Shown here: piece by piece, positions 22,887-34,829 of the stretch
Layout: each line of letters starts with the position of its first letter
How positions within the stretch are numbered: position 1 is the first letter of the stretch
Assembly (NCBI GenBank): GCA_032718475.1
Contig: JAUCBJ010000133.1
Span: 1-61,279, forward strand
Direction of reading: 5' to 3'
Source: Nemertoderma westbladi
Taxonomy: Eukaryota > Animalia > Xenacoelomorpha
DNA: 61,279 nucleotides
Position numbers and translations under genes: made by a program
Notes under the pieces: model-generated
Databases searched by the model: none
Told to the model about the DNA's origin: nothing
The model's input: the letters and a program-made list of their open reading frames with translations, nothing else

Positions 22887-24157
22887 GTGGGGCGAGCCAC
22901 GAAGTTGGCGGAGCCTTAGCGAATTGACACTGTTAGGGGGTGGGTCAATTTATGCAAATAGTTGTCGTCGTCGTCGTCGTCGTCGTTGTCGTCGTCGTCG
23001 TTGTCGTCGTCGTCGTTGTCGTCGTCGTTACGATTTTGACATGCTAATAACTTTGTCGGATTTAAAGCTGCCAAGTTGAAAATTTGTAGGTATCAATATG
23101 AGCAAAAGTTGAGATTTTTGAGAGACTTTCAGACACCATCAGTGCAATGGTCTCCCGCTAGAGGGCCACATGTCTAAACATTAAATGGCCACCCATTTCT
23201 TTGCTTTTAAGCCGTTTAAGCTGAAACTTGGGAAGTATGTACTAGACCATTAGCTGTAAATTTCAAAGGAGGCTAATCTGTCTGCAGTTCTCCAGTCTGC
23301 CGCTAGAGGGCGAAATGTCCCGAATGTGAAATTATTCTTCCATTTAGTTGTTTATGATCTGATTACGCTGAAACTTGTCATATATGTACTAGATGACATC
23401 CTGAGTCTTTGTGTGGATTGTAATCGGTCCGAAGTTTTCCAGTCTCCCGCTAGAGGGCCACATGTCTAAACATTAAATGGCCACCCATTTCTTTGCTTTT
23501 AATCCGTTTAAGCTGAAACTTGGGAAGTATGTACTAGACCATTAGCTGTAAATTTCAAAGGAGGCTAATCTGTCTGCAGTTCTCCAGTCTGCCGCTAGAG
23601 GGCGAAATGTCCCGAATGTGAAATTATTCTTCCATTTAGTTGTTTATGATCTGATTACGCTGAAACTTGTCATATATGTACTAGAAGACATCCTAAGTCT
23701 TTGTGTGGACAGTAATCGGTCCGGAGTTTTCGAGTCTGCCGCTAGAGGGCGAAATGTAGGAAAGTGATAACCTTTGCGAATTCCTTGATCTTAATCTATT
23801 TAAGCTGAATTTTGGAATATACAGTACCGGTATGTACTAGACCACATGCCTCGTCTTTGTGAGGAAGGTGATCGATCCGTAGTTCTTTAATATGCCGCTA
23901 GAGGGCTAAATGTATGAAAGTGAAAACCTTCCAACATTTCGTTATTTATGATCCGTCAATCGGAAACTTGGTAGATATGTAATAGACCATAGGATGTGGC
24001 TTTGTAGGGAAACTAATCCTTCCTTCTTCAGTTACCCAGTCTCCCGCTAGAGGGTTAACGTTTTCCGGGAAAATCTTCTCCTATGTTTTTATAATCCTTT
24101 CGAGTTGATACTTAGCATTAACTCATTTCACGTGCTGCGCGAAGGCCCCACTTCGTG
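22887..24157 (+). mobile_element. Non-autonomous Helentron/HINE-like element, copy B (complete)
   Basis: 5' hairpin, (GTC)n at 22962-23028, seven repeats of about 146 bp each with CCGCTAGAGGG, and a 3' GCCCCACTTCGTG inverted relative to 5' sequences. Flanked by TAGTAATAT on both sides. Confidence 0.75.
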
Positions 24158-24362
24158 TAGTAATATTATATCAATATGTAATGCTGAACACAGAATACAG
24201 GTCGACGCATGTCGATTTTACCCTGGAGAGGTATAATTTTGATTGCAACATTTCATTTTCATTTCAACGTTAAACCGGTCAAGCCGGATATTAATAGTAA
24301 AACTATTAATAATAGATAAAGGATCGGTCGGAAGGAAAGGAATGTCGAATATACACAATAAT

Positions 24363-25963
24363 TAAATAAAATAGCAACAGTAACAGACCATCACCAATAT
24401 CAATGACAAATAGTGACTAAGGTAGGTGCCAAGGATACCAGTGTAGGTCGGATCACGTGTAGTGTTATTCGAGCCGTTGAACTGGTCCGTAAGTGTCGGT
24501 TGGCAAATGTTTATGCGCGAGCAGAGGGCTCGGGGGTCATAAGCAAATGACATGATCGAGTACCACTTAGGCAATTCAAAGGTACGAGTGGCTTGGTGGT
24601 AGCCACCGAGCAAACCTGCATGTGGACCAACCTTGTTATCGTAGTTGTGTTGTGCGGAGAGGCGGAAGGCCAGTTGCAATGGAGTGTTGGGGCACGACAG
24701 CGTGCGTACCAGTGTGCCCATACACTGTCTGATTGCAGTGACAGTGACAGACATCGGTAGACAGCCGGATATATGATACAGGGTCGAGTTACTTATATAT
24801 GATCCAAGGTGAAGGAGACCGCGTAGAGTCTTCCGGAAGTAGGCGTCTAGTTTATCGGTGTCTGTTCCTGTTAGTCTCCCTATGTCAAGTTTGAGTCGGT
24901 ACAGCACAACTGGGACAGCCAGGGTTCTCCAGAGCATGAATACTACGTCAGGATGGAGCCATTGTGTTGTCCAACCCTTAGTATGAAATATTTGAGAAAG
25001 TTGCGCCAGAATTTGTATGGAGTCTGTCAGTACACTGGAGTGTGGTGAGAGTTTATATCCTAAGAAAATCAAGTGATTGCTGCTCGGTATTAGAGATACG
25101 TTAATGTTGATGAAGCATGGTAGGTGTGCTGAGCCCCGACTCATCATGATCCATTTTGTTTTGGATAGTTCTAGTTTCAGGTCGACTTTCAACGCTTCAG
25201 CTTTGGTTATGTCTGCCATGTTCTCAATGTCTTTAGGGGAGGTCGCTAGCAGAATGAAGTCATCAGCATATGCGAAAGCCCCCCACCAAATCGAGTCTAC
25301 CCAGCAGCCAAGCTGCGAGTTCTTTAGGGCTTTGATCATGTCCATGGTGTACAGATTAAAGAGGGTCGGAGATAGTAGCGATCCCTGTTTAATTCCTTTA
25401 TGTACTGAGATTGGTGTACAGTCTATGTTCGAACCGAACTTGAGGAAGAATTTGCTTGAGAGGTAGTAGGACAGTATGGTGCTGACGATATGGGGATTCA
25501 AGTACTCAAGGAGCTTCTTAGTCAGTAGTGCGTAGTCAACATCGTCAAACGCCGATTGTATGTCTATTTGGCAGGCGAACACAGGGGAACCGTTAGATAG
25601 GTGATACTCGATACACTCTAGGATTGTGCTGACGACGATGTCCGCGCCAATATTTTTCTTATAGGCAGTCTGGTATTCTTGGGGTAGGACTGGATCCAGG
25701 AAGTGTACTAGGAGGATGTGTTCGAATATTTTTGCAAATATGTTAATCGATGCGATCGGACGATACGAAGTAGGTTTTAGTTTGTCCCTGCCTTTGCGTT
25801 TATAAAAACTACCGAGGACAGATTGGCCAAATATAGAGGGGACTGACTTCAGTTCGAAGCAGTTGTTGATGATGTTGGCTAGAATGTCACAAGTGGATTC
25901 TGGTTCCAAGTGGAGTAGATGTTCAAGAGTGAGGGATGCAGCGTCTGGGGCTTTGCCAGTTGT
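24363..25963 (-). mobile_element. 5'-truncated LINE, RT domain only (open 515-aa frame)
   Basis: Motifs GKAPD, SYRPIAS, DIQSAFD, KQGSLLSP, FAYADD, FLG. Candidate 8-bp TSD ACAATAAT at 24355-24362 and 25964-25971. Confidence 0.85.
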
Positions 25964-28862
25964 ACAATAATATTCATCCCCATCTGCTACAATTTGAAGA
26001 AGACTATTACATAATAATACCTATAATTAAAACAATTAATTATTGTTAATAAAAACAGTATATCAATCGGGGGATGGAGTTTATAGGTCATCTAATTAAT
26101 TGTTTAAAGATTAGCAAACAATACGATGCAATTGCATTGATAAAATCCATAAATAAAACTTGGAAACAAAATGTAAAATCGGGATGCAAAAGATCACTTT
26201 TTGAGCTACGAAAGGAAAATTGGATACAATTTGTCTGGATACAAGCGGTCCGTTTACCTTACAAAATGAAAAATACGAATGTGCAAAGTTAAGAACAGTC
26301 GGGGGGGAAGTGTCCGGGGGGGGGGTACTGTCCGTGGGGGAAGTGTCCGGGGGGGGGGGGGGGGGGGGAAGTGTCCGAACACCATTAGCACCAGTTCCCA
26401 CGAAGGCCAACCTAAACGCTCATCGGATCTTTTCACGAAATCTCGTTGATCTCCATTATTTTGCTGCAAAACTATATAATATAAACTGTACATAAATAAT
26501 GTTCTGGAACAAAACGTCCAATGCCAGCACCAGCAAATAAAATTGATGAAAAATATTTGGGTTATGCCATAATTAAAAAATATATGCTCTATATTATTAC
26601 AGTATTATGGTATACCGGTATAGCTGGTATATTAATAAATTATTATAATTTTTAAACCGGGTTTTGGTTAGTAGTAGGCAAGGGGCCAAGGAGTGCTTTA
26701 ACTCAAATATAATTGTTAAAAGATTATTAATAATTTTCAAATATTTCTATACATTCTGATGAGAACTCTACACCAATCTAGACCGAACTGGACCGCCAAA
26801 TGAAAGATAATCTAAAAACAACCATCCATGCAGACAGGTGAAAATTAATATTGAATTTCATTTGGTCTTTTCAAGATTGTAAAAATAGTTGCGGATATGA
26901 TGTCGCTAAATTAAAATTACTTTCTTCACAAAAAACAATACTGTACTGGTTTAACCAGTAGGCCTTCCGGTTACAGGTTTCTTGGTTTATAGATTGCAGT
27001 ATTTTGGTACCGGTCAGCAGGTAGTTGTGTTCAATGCAGCAATAGCAGACAGGCTGACCGGAAGCTGAAGTACAATATTATAGGCCTATAGCCTATGTAC
27101 AGTAACAAATGCAGAAATGTAACTCAATAAAAATATACCAGTACGAGGCTTAATAGTGTAATAGTCTAGTCATACAGTACCTAAGCATGCACCTGTCTGC
27201 TACCTGCATGTACTGTATACCTTTATATTTATTAATTCCTAATAATATTAATTTGTCCGTATGTTTTGATGCGTACGCTACCAGTTCGGTATGTAGATCT
27301 GATTAGTATATAGCAGTATTCTAGGTCAACCTGTCATTGGAAACAACCATTGAACTACCAGTGCACAAATACTCCAATCTATAAACCTGCAGACGTGTGG
27401 GTGTGACTGGTAGTGGTACTGGTAAAAGCAGCGCATCAACAAAAGAAAGTAATCTTAATTTAGCGATATTTCAAACACAACTAAATCTACAATGTATGAA
27501 AATGACCATATTAATTTCAATATTAATTTTCACCTATCTACATGGATGGTTATTTTTAGATTATCTTTCATTTGACGGTCCAGTTCGCCACATTTTCGAT
27601 CCATATTCGTTTAGAGTACTACAACTTTATCCAATAAATTCAGTGTTATTATTCACATCCCAGCCATATAAATTCTGATTTATTTAATACTTACGATCAT
27701 TAAACACAATTCGAGAGAGAAAAAGGGAAACTTTTATCACATAACAATCTAAATGATAGTAAAACAGTGTTGCATTAAGAAAATACACGTGTTGATAAAA
27801 CTTATTTCCTGAATAAACTCAAATTTTATCTCATATCGCGATAATTTTTGAACTATTTACAATGCGATTGGAATACATTTAAAGTCAATGATGCGGTTGG
27901 GTTCGGTGCAAAAGCTGAATAAAAAATGATCATTAGGTTAATACAGTAGTGTCGTTCAGGTGGAACATAAACACTGATTGGGTTTGGTGAAAATAAGATG
28001 CGATGTATTTTGTTGAAGAGGTTTGCTATGCTTGTTGCTTCGCTATCAAGTAATTTTTCCGCCTAATAATTGCCAGCCATTATACAGAGATCTTATGCGA
28101 GACGTACTGGACGGTCACAGTAATGCCAAAAATCTCCACGCGAAATTATAAATTATCATTGAACTTACAGTACAAGTGCAGACAGTGTGGCTAGTGGTTT
28201 AAATGCGCCAAGAACAGATAATAATTAAGGAAAGCAAAATTTGGCGATAGGTGGAATTATTGGCAATACCCAAAAAGGTGAATACAGCCAGCAACAATAG
28301 AAAACCAGTAAAAAATGACCCAAACAATGTGAAAAAAGTTGATCGGAGCCCTAAAAGAAATTCTGTTATGTTTCGGCTCGCGGCGCTTATCGTCAACTAG
28401 AGGCAGGCAAACAGTAAACAGTTATTTTCTGTACATATTGTTATTTGTCGCATGTAGGCCTGTACTAAAATCAGACGTAATCTACAATGACAAGAATGCT
28501 CTGCGTCTTACATGTTTGCTGGGCGGGTTCTGGGATAACTTTCTCTCCTTTTGTTAGGTGTGTGGGAACGCAAAGAGTAAGGGAAGTCCGTGGGTGCCGT
28601 TTATTAATTTTGGGCCAATTAAATTTTTCAACAAATTCTATTGATTGACAAATTGTTACTTATTGATCACATTTATGCGTGTTTATACACAATATATTAA
28701 AATTACATCTGTGGTACATTTGGATATTTGTACCGAATGCAGGAACATGGAATTTAACTTAAGGTTTTCCCTTACAAAGATGTTAATTTATTTAGAAAAT
28801 GCATTTAACATTATACAGTATGTAGGCCTACTTGTAACGAATACATATTGCAAAACAAATTT

Positions 28863-30302
28863 TCACTGTTTGATTTCAACTTCTTTTGGATCAAGTTTTG
28901 GTATTTCAGGCAATAAGTTGACACCAAGGCCGTAGTACATGTAGAAGACATAGATTGTAAAAGCACAGATAACTGGTGCCCCAATGGCACTGAAGATGCT
29001 GCAAGCGTTCCCCATACCGTACTTGTCAGAGAGAAAGCCGCCGAGTATGGGGCCAACGGTAAAACCCAAGGAGCCTGCCATCCGCAGACTGGCGATGGTC
29101 ACCGTGTATGTGTCTAGATGGTCGGGCCAACCCAAGACACCCAGCGCGGTGCGAGTCTGCACGATGAGGCTGGATGTGTAGAACAAACCCATCGTGGATC
29201 CCAACAGAAAGGTACCGAAAACCGAGAGTCCCAGACTCATTGGTATACCGAGTGCCGCTGTCGGACCTACGAACTGTAAACTCAGAATCCCCAACCACAA
29301 ACTCATCACGGTGATAAACAAAGGGTTCGCACACCTGAAGTTTTGAATCACTTTGCTTATACCAATCCCGAACACCATACTTGAAATGGAAGGAACAATG
29401 AAATAGACCCCAATCATGCCGATTCGAATGTGAAAGACACTGTTTATATGCATCGCGTAGGCAGTATCGAACAGAGCAATACCTCCCATCACGAATATTT
29501 GCCCGAAAGCGCAGAATACATTCACGACGTTTCTGTTTAAGTTAATCAACGATGTTTTACGCCTACCCGTGTATTGGACGTCAAGAGTAGGGGTTTTCGA
29601 AGGTGGCAGATCTTTAGTGGAACCGAAAATGCAGCAAAAAATAGCGAGAAGTTGAGAATAACCCCCGGAGAAGAGAAAGGGGGCCATGAATCCATATTTA
29701 CTGTACAATACAGAGCCAACAAGAGGACCTATTGTTCTAGAGACGTTCACCATGGTAACATTGATTCCGGACACTATGGCCTGGTGTCTGTCGAACAATC
29801 GGACCACAAGTCCGTAGCTGGCGATGTACGCGACGCTCAGACCAACGGCTTCGAGAATCCTCAGACTGAAACACGCAGCTGCGAAACCTTCGCCGCTCTT
29901 TATGTTATTGACAAATGCGAATCCGATGACACCGACTGCGCCCACGGAGCCCCAAAGACCGATGGCTATCCGCGGACCCATCTGCGAGATCCGGTTCCCG
30001 GCCACCATATAGGTAATAATTCTCGCAACAGAGAACACAGCGATCAGACAGCCCACGTCCAGTCCCGTCCAACCACGACTCTTCACCACGATAGGGAAGA
30101 ATGACATCAACACTGTCTGACACAGACCTGGAGGCAAAGTCATCTGCATTAGAGTGAAACCTCTGATCCACGTCCACGCGGAATACCTCTGTGGTTTATT
30201 TTCTGAGTTTATCGGCGTTGTCATGTCACTCTCAACTTTGCCATTGGAGACACCGTTCATATGAATTTCTTTATTGGGAATATCTATACTGTTCTCCGTC
30301 AT
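28863..30302 (-). CDS. MFS transporter, SLC18B1/vesicular amine transporter-like, intronless CDS
   Basis: About 12 hydrophobic segments. FFPIVVKSRG, SLRILEAVG, IGPLVGSVLYSKYGFMAPF and SLGFTVGPILGGFLSDKYG are typical of SLC18B1-like proteins. First ATG at 30302. Confidence 0.88.
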   Translation of the reverse strand: MTENSIDIPNKEIHMNGVSNGKVESDMTTPINSENKPQRYSAWTWIRGFTLMQMTLPPGLCQTVLMSFFPIVVKSRGWTGLDVGCLIAVFSVARIITYMVAGNRISQMGPRIAIGLWGSVGAVGVIGFAFVNNIKSGEGFAAACFSLRILEAVGLSVAYIASYGLVVRLFDRHQAIVSGINVTMVNVSRTIGPLVGSVLYSKYGFMAPFLFSGGYSQLLAIFCCIFGSTKDLPPSKTPTLDVQYTGRRKTSLINLNRNVVNVFCAFGQIFVMGGIALFDTAYAMHINSVFHIRIGMIGVYFIVPSISSMVFGIGISKVIQNFRCANPLFITVMSLWLGILSLQFVGPTAALGIPMSLGLSVFGTFLLGSTMGLFYTSSLIVQTRTALGVLGWPDHLDTYTVTIASLRMAGSLGFTVGPILGGFLSDKYGMGNACSIFSAIGAPVICAFTIYVFYMYYGLGVNLLPEIPKLDPKEVEIKQ

Positions 30303-30949
30303 CTTTAAATTCAATCTATTGGTATTAATAAATGTTATTTTGGAGATTAATCAAGCACCCGTTCCATAAATTATTTATGTTTGAATAGAGGCGTTTTGTA
30401 GCGAAACAGAACAAAAACATTAATTTCCTACTTTATACCACCAAGTAATACTGTATAAGGATCCCATGGGCTCATAGATCTTTATCCTAAAGTCGTTAGT
30501 TAAGGTTTCTTGCTAAACGCTAGGAAGCCATGTGGTGGAAGTTGAGTAATAATAACAACCATGCTGCTTCAATACAGGTTAATTGACTTCTCTAATAAGA
30601 AGTACCGGCAAGATTATTATAATGATGTATATTTTTTCACTTTTTCCTTTATTTTATTGCTTTTTTTTTTTCAATATTATACCCAGGTAAGGTGCCTTTC
30701 ACTACACACTGTGCTGCATGTCTGCAATTGATATGCTGTTGTGTAGGCCTATTGTTAAAAAAAACACTATGGATAATTAATATTTACAATTTAATTAACA
30801 AGATGATGATAATATCTGCTCGAATTAGCAGCGTTTAAATGGATGTAAACGTTTCGCACATGAATGATCTACTGAATGAACTATGTAAAATGCAAATGTA
30901 ACAAAAATCAATTTATTTATTATTGTTATGTGGTTCAGTAAAAAGTTTG

Positions 30950-31000
30950 CTAGCGAAATGGTTAGAGTGCCGAGGTCACGAGTTCGATCCCAACTGGAAG
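30950..31000 (+). other. tRNA-derived SINE head remnant (Pol III A/B boxes)
   Basis: TAGCGAAATGGTTAGAG (A box) followed by GAGTTCGATCCC (B box). No full cloverleaf. Confidence 0.45.
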
Positions 31001-31399
31001 TCGTATGACTTGTGTTCTTCTTGACGTTCGATTATTGTTTTGGTTAAAAATCCCGACAATGTATCCTTCTCCTTTCACTTACTTCATAATTAAAAAAAAT
31101 AACCAAAAATAAGGACCCAATGCACTTCGGACCTAGCAGGACACAACCATGTCTATTGGCAGATTAAACCGTAGGGGTTTACTCTAACTGAGGTCAATAT
31201 ATATTCTAAATAATTATAATACATTATTAATGTATTGAGTTCCGTATGCTTAAGTTCGTACGTACTATGGGTAGTTACTAGGGTAGTTCATACTTCATTC
31301 TATATATGGTAGTTCGAACTAACTACTGTAGTTCGTATGCTCTGTCACAAGTCACTGACAGTATAGTTTGAACTACTGTATATTTTGTGCTTGTTTTGC

Positions 31400-31960
31400 T
31401 TAGCAAGCTCAGTAACGGTTGAATTTATCGAAAAAATTGCAGCTTTTCTGGATTTAAAGGAGACGAATAACAATCTACAAACCAAACGAATGTATAATGT
31501 TGTTGAGCACCCATATGAAATATTTCCTTGCGATAGATTGAACAGCAAACTAAGGGAGCTATTCCGGTTCGATAAGGCGAGTATTGAATTTGTCACAGAC
31601 TTGATTCGATACAATATCATTAGCATGGACAGCGGAAGAGGACTTCCGATTGCTCCCGAAGTAAGGTTATGATTGCTATGCGCTACCTTGCCGGCGATTC
31701 ATACCATTTCGATTCCACATTAACCAATGCACTGTTTCTAGAGCTGTCAATGAAGTAATCGACTATTTGGCCCCTCTAGTTGGAAAGTTTGTTTATTTTC
31801 TAAGTGATCTCCAGTAACTCAAATCATTGCATATCAATTTTTACCAAATATGTCATTTTCCACGAGTTGTTGGGGCAGTAGATGGTACCCATGTAAAGGT
31901 TATGTTCATGGGGCCTCCTATCTGTGAACAGAAAGGGGTTCCTTTCCAATAATGTCAGTC
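31400..31960 (+). pseudogene. PIF/Harbinger (HARBI1-like) transposase remnant
   Basis: LFRFDKASI...PIAPEVRL..MRYLA...FPRVVGAVDGTHV...NRKG with stops and frameshifts. Confidence 0.85.
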
Positions 31961-32879
31961 ACTAAAATTATAGGTTAGGCCTGAATCGGTATATGACAGT
32001 GATGACTGCAATGGTGAAAAAGTGAAAGGAAACAGAGTGTAACCTATCTGACACTGTCTGTAAGTTTCCAAGTTCGTATGACCATTCGTAAAAGCGCCCA
32101 TTCCTTCTGACCGAGCAAATTTATTTACAAACATTTTAGAATACTGTACATATAAATATGTTCTAGAATGTTTGATAATTCAATTGATGCAAAAGACCTT
32201 GCAACTTTCGAACGCCCGCCCACATCTCATATCTTGCCCCTCGTAGTGCCCCCCTAGGTGGCGTATCTTTGAATAATATTATATATTGTTCAACATTTGT
32301 GCATCATATCATTTTTTGTAACAATTGCGCTTTCTAGACCATTATTGCAAACAATTGTCGTATCCGGCCAATCAAACTGTGAATCACAGCAAAAACTCCC
32401 AAACCAAAGAAAAGCGGTTAATCCGTAATGCAATGTATGCATGCCTATTTTGGGAAATAATGAATATTTAGTTTGGAAATTGTCAGGTTGGATTCCACCA
32501 ATGCTGAAATACACTGTGTTGCGTTGCAAAGTAGTGTAGACTCTGTACTACAATGCTCACTCTTAGAGAAAACATAACCACCATGTGCTTACAATATCGT
32601 TAGGGGCGGGGCCTATATGGTTTCTAATTAAAATATAACTTACTGAGTCGATTAATTGCCGCTACTGTCAGATGTTATGTAGGCCAATGTGATACCTGTT
32701 ACGGTAGCGGTAAGCTATCAGAGCGTCTCCAATCATGCCACGTTAAATAGGACAAAACCACTAATATGGTACAGATACATAAAGCAGCGATGTAGTGTCG
32801 CGGTGCCGGTAGTAAAAGTGAAAGTATATCGTACTGATATGTACTACACATCAGACAATAGCTGATACGAAACGTTATT

Positions 32880-34829
32880 GGGCAATTCCACCATTGATGT
32901 AACACTTATGCCGAAAATAAAAAGTCATCTAATCAGCATAATTTTGGTATCAAAATGACGAGAAAGAATTAAATTTTTAATAAAAGTGACGGATTCTTAA
33001 TTTTTTTGAGGGTAACAACTGGTTTTTCATTATTGAATATGAGAAATTTTTTTTACGTATTTTCAAATATGCAGAAAATATTACATGTCATTTTTGACAT
33101 AATCTTACTACCATTGAAATTGTCTGATTAAGACAGGTAATTACACCAACCGAAAATTCAACATTTATTAGAAGCTTATTGATGATAAAAATTTGAATAT
33201 TGACAGAATAGCATTGTGTATTCAATGTTTCAAAAATTTTAGATTTGGCCTACAGAATTATGTGAGTCCGTAACGAAAAGTACTTAAATTTTTAATTTGG
33301 AGTACACCCCGCATGTGTATTGCACTGACAATCATTTTCCTTTGGGTTTACAACCAATCAAAACCATCCATTAGGTCTCTATGGTCTGTATTGCAGCTGA
33401 ACTGTTTAAGAATAGCGTCACGGACTCACAAATTTTCCGTTACGGACTCACCAGGCGGTAGGTTAGGTAAGAATCATTCTGCTTTGCATACATTATTCAC
33501 TATGTAAACTGAAAGTATTCAGCTCCTTTTAGTCTGACAATTGTACATCGACAGTAGATTTGAACGTATTCATTCATACATCATCCTAATGTACGACATT
33601 CTTCATTGCGCCCGTTTAATCCTGTCTCTTACGTCTGATACTCACATTTCTGGCTTCTGGGCCGAGAGGGCCAAACGGCATATATCACGGATGACAGAAG
33701 TTACTGACCAAGATGGTATAGTATGATACACTCGAAGTTCACCAAGATATCATGAAATGAGTGAGCGAATGATGGATTGAGATACCAAACATATCGTCAG
33801 TTAGGCCAGGTATTACGCACAAAGTCTCAATAATAAAGTGTATATTTCCAGTGCGGTCCCCTCCTATATTCCCCAGAGGAAACTCCATTACTCATTTAGC
33901 TACAGTTTACGGAAGGAAGAGATGCGCCCTGGCTAATAAGTCCCTTTATGGTCTTTAAAGTATTCGTGCCGAAACGAAAACTACCGTAGCCCTCATGATG
34001 GGATCGAACCCACGACCCAAGGAGAGATGTGATTTAAATGCCACCGATTTAACCAACTACGCCAAGGTGGAATAACTTAAGTACTGTGATAGTAGTGATC
34101 GTAAAACATAAATACAACGAAATACTGTTCAAAATTTATTTTCCAGTATAAAAAATTTTCCGTGAACGTGGTATTTATGTTGTTAAAGAAATAGAAATTG
34201 GTCATTTTAACAAATTATGGTCATATGAACTTATAGGATATTAAATATACACTACTATACACACACCAAATATATAATAGTGATACTTAAGGTACATTGT
34301 GAAAGCGAAAGGTATATAAGCAATAAATATATTTATTGAATAAATACCATAAACAGTCATTGGTCGTTGCTCTTTTTTTTCTACACAAAATAACGAGTGT
34401 ATAACGATTTCAAGTGTGAGTCCGTAACAATTTTTTCTGTGAGTCCGTAACGAACAATTTCTCTATAAATGAGGTTTACCACCATATGTTTCTGCTATTA
34501 ACTTACAAATTTACAAAATTTGATGTATCTACCTCTCATTGTGAAAGTTATAACGTATGACGTTAAACATTTCAAGAGAATTTGTCAAAATAAAATGGAG
34601 TAATTTTTCTTTGTCCATTTGCATGTGAGTCCGTAACGGGCACTATATTTACAATATCCTATGAATCAAATGAGATACAACTCTTTTTTATAAGTCAAAG
34701 TAAAGATGTACCATTAATCCATCAGCCACCATAGGTGAATGTTATTTATATTGTAAAGTTATTAATTAAATATGCCAATTAAATTCGAAAATTGCGTATG
34801 AATGTGAGTCCGTAACGATGGAATTGCCC
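32880..34829. mobile_element. Non-autonomous DNA transposon with 4-bp TSD, Sola2-like, copy 1
   Basis: TIR GGGCAATTCCA...TGGAATTGCCC, TSD TATT, and repeated internal GTGAGTCCGTAAC. Near-identical copy at 56041-58022. Confidence 0.85.
33989..34070 (-). other. tRNA-like Pol III cassette inside the Sola-like element
   Basis: Minus strand CCACCTTGGCGTAGTTGGTTAAATCGG...GTCGTGGGTTCGATCCCAT has an A box, a B box and a long variable-arm-like spacer. Confidence 0.65.

Larger units (their letters stand above)
21831..26383. mobile_element. Non-autonomous MULE (4.55 kb) carrying nested inserts
   Basis: Inverted GGACACTTCCCCCC subrepeat ends at 21831-21950 and 26297-26383. 9-bp TSD GTTAGCACC / ATTAGCACC. 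Confidence 0.8.

Noticed and set aside
27000-28600. Possible additional gene or exons between the MULE and the MFS gene
   Set aside because: Only short ORFs without recognisable motifs or a consistent splice chain.
33989-34070. Functional tRNA gene
   Set aside because: The acceptor and anticodon stems do not pair properly. Only the A and B boxes and T arm are convincing.
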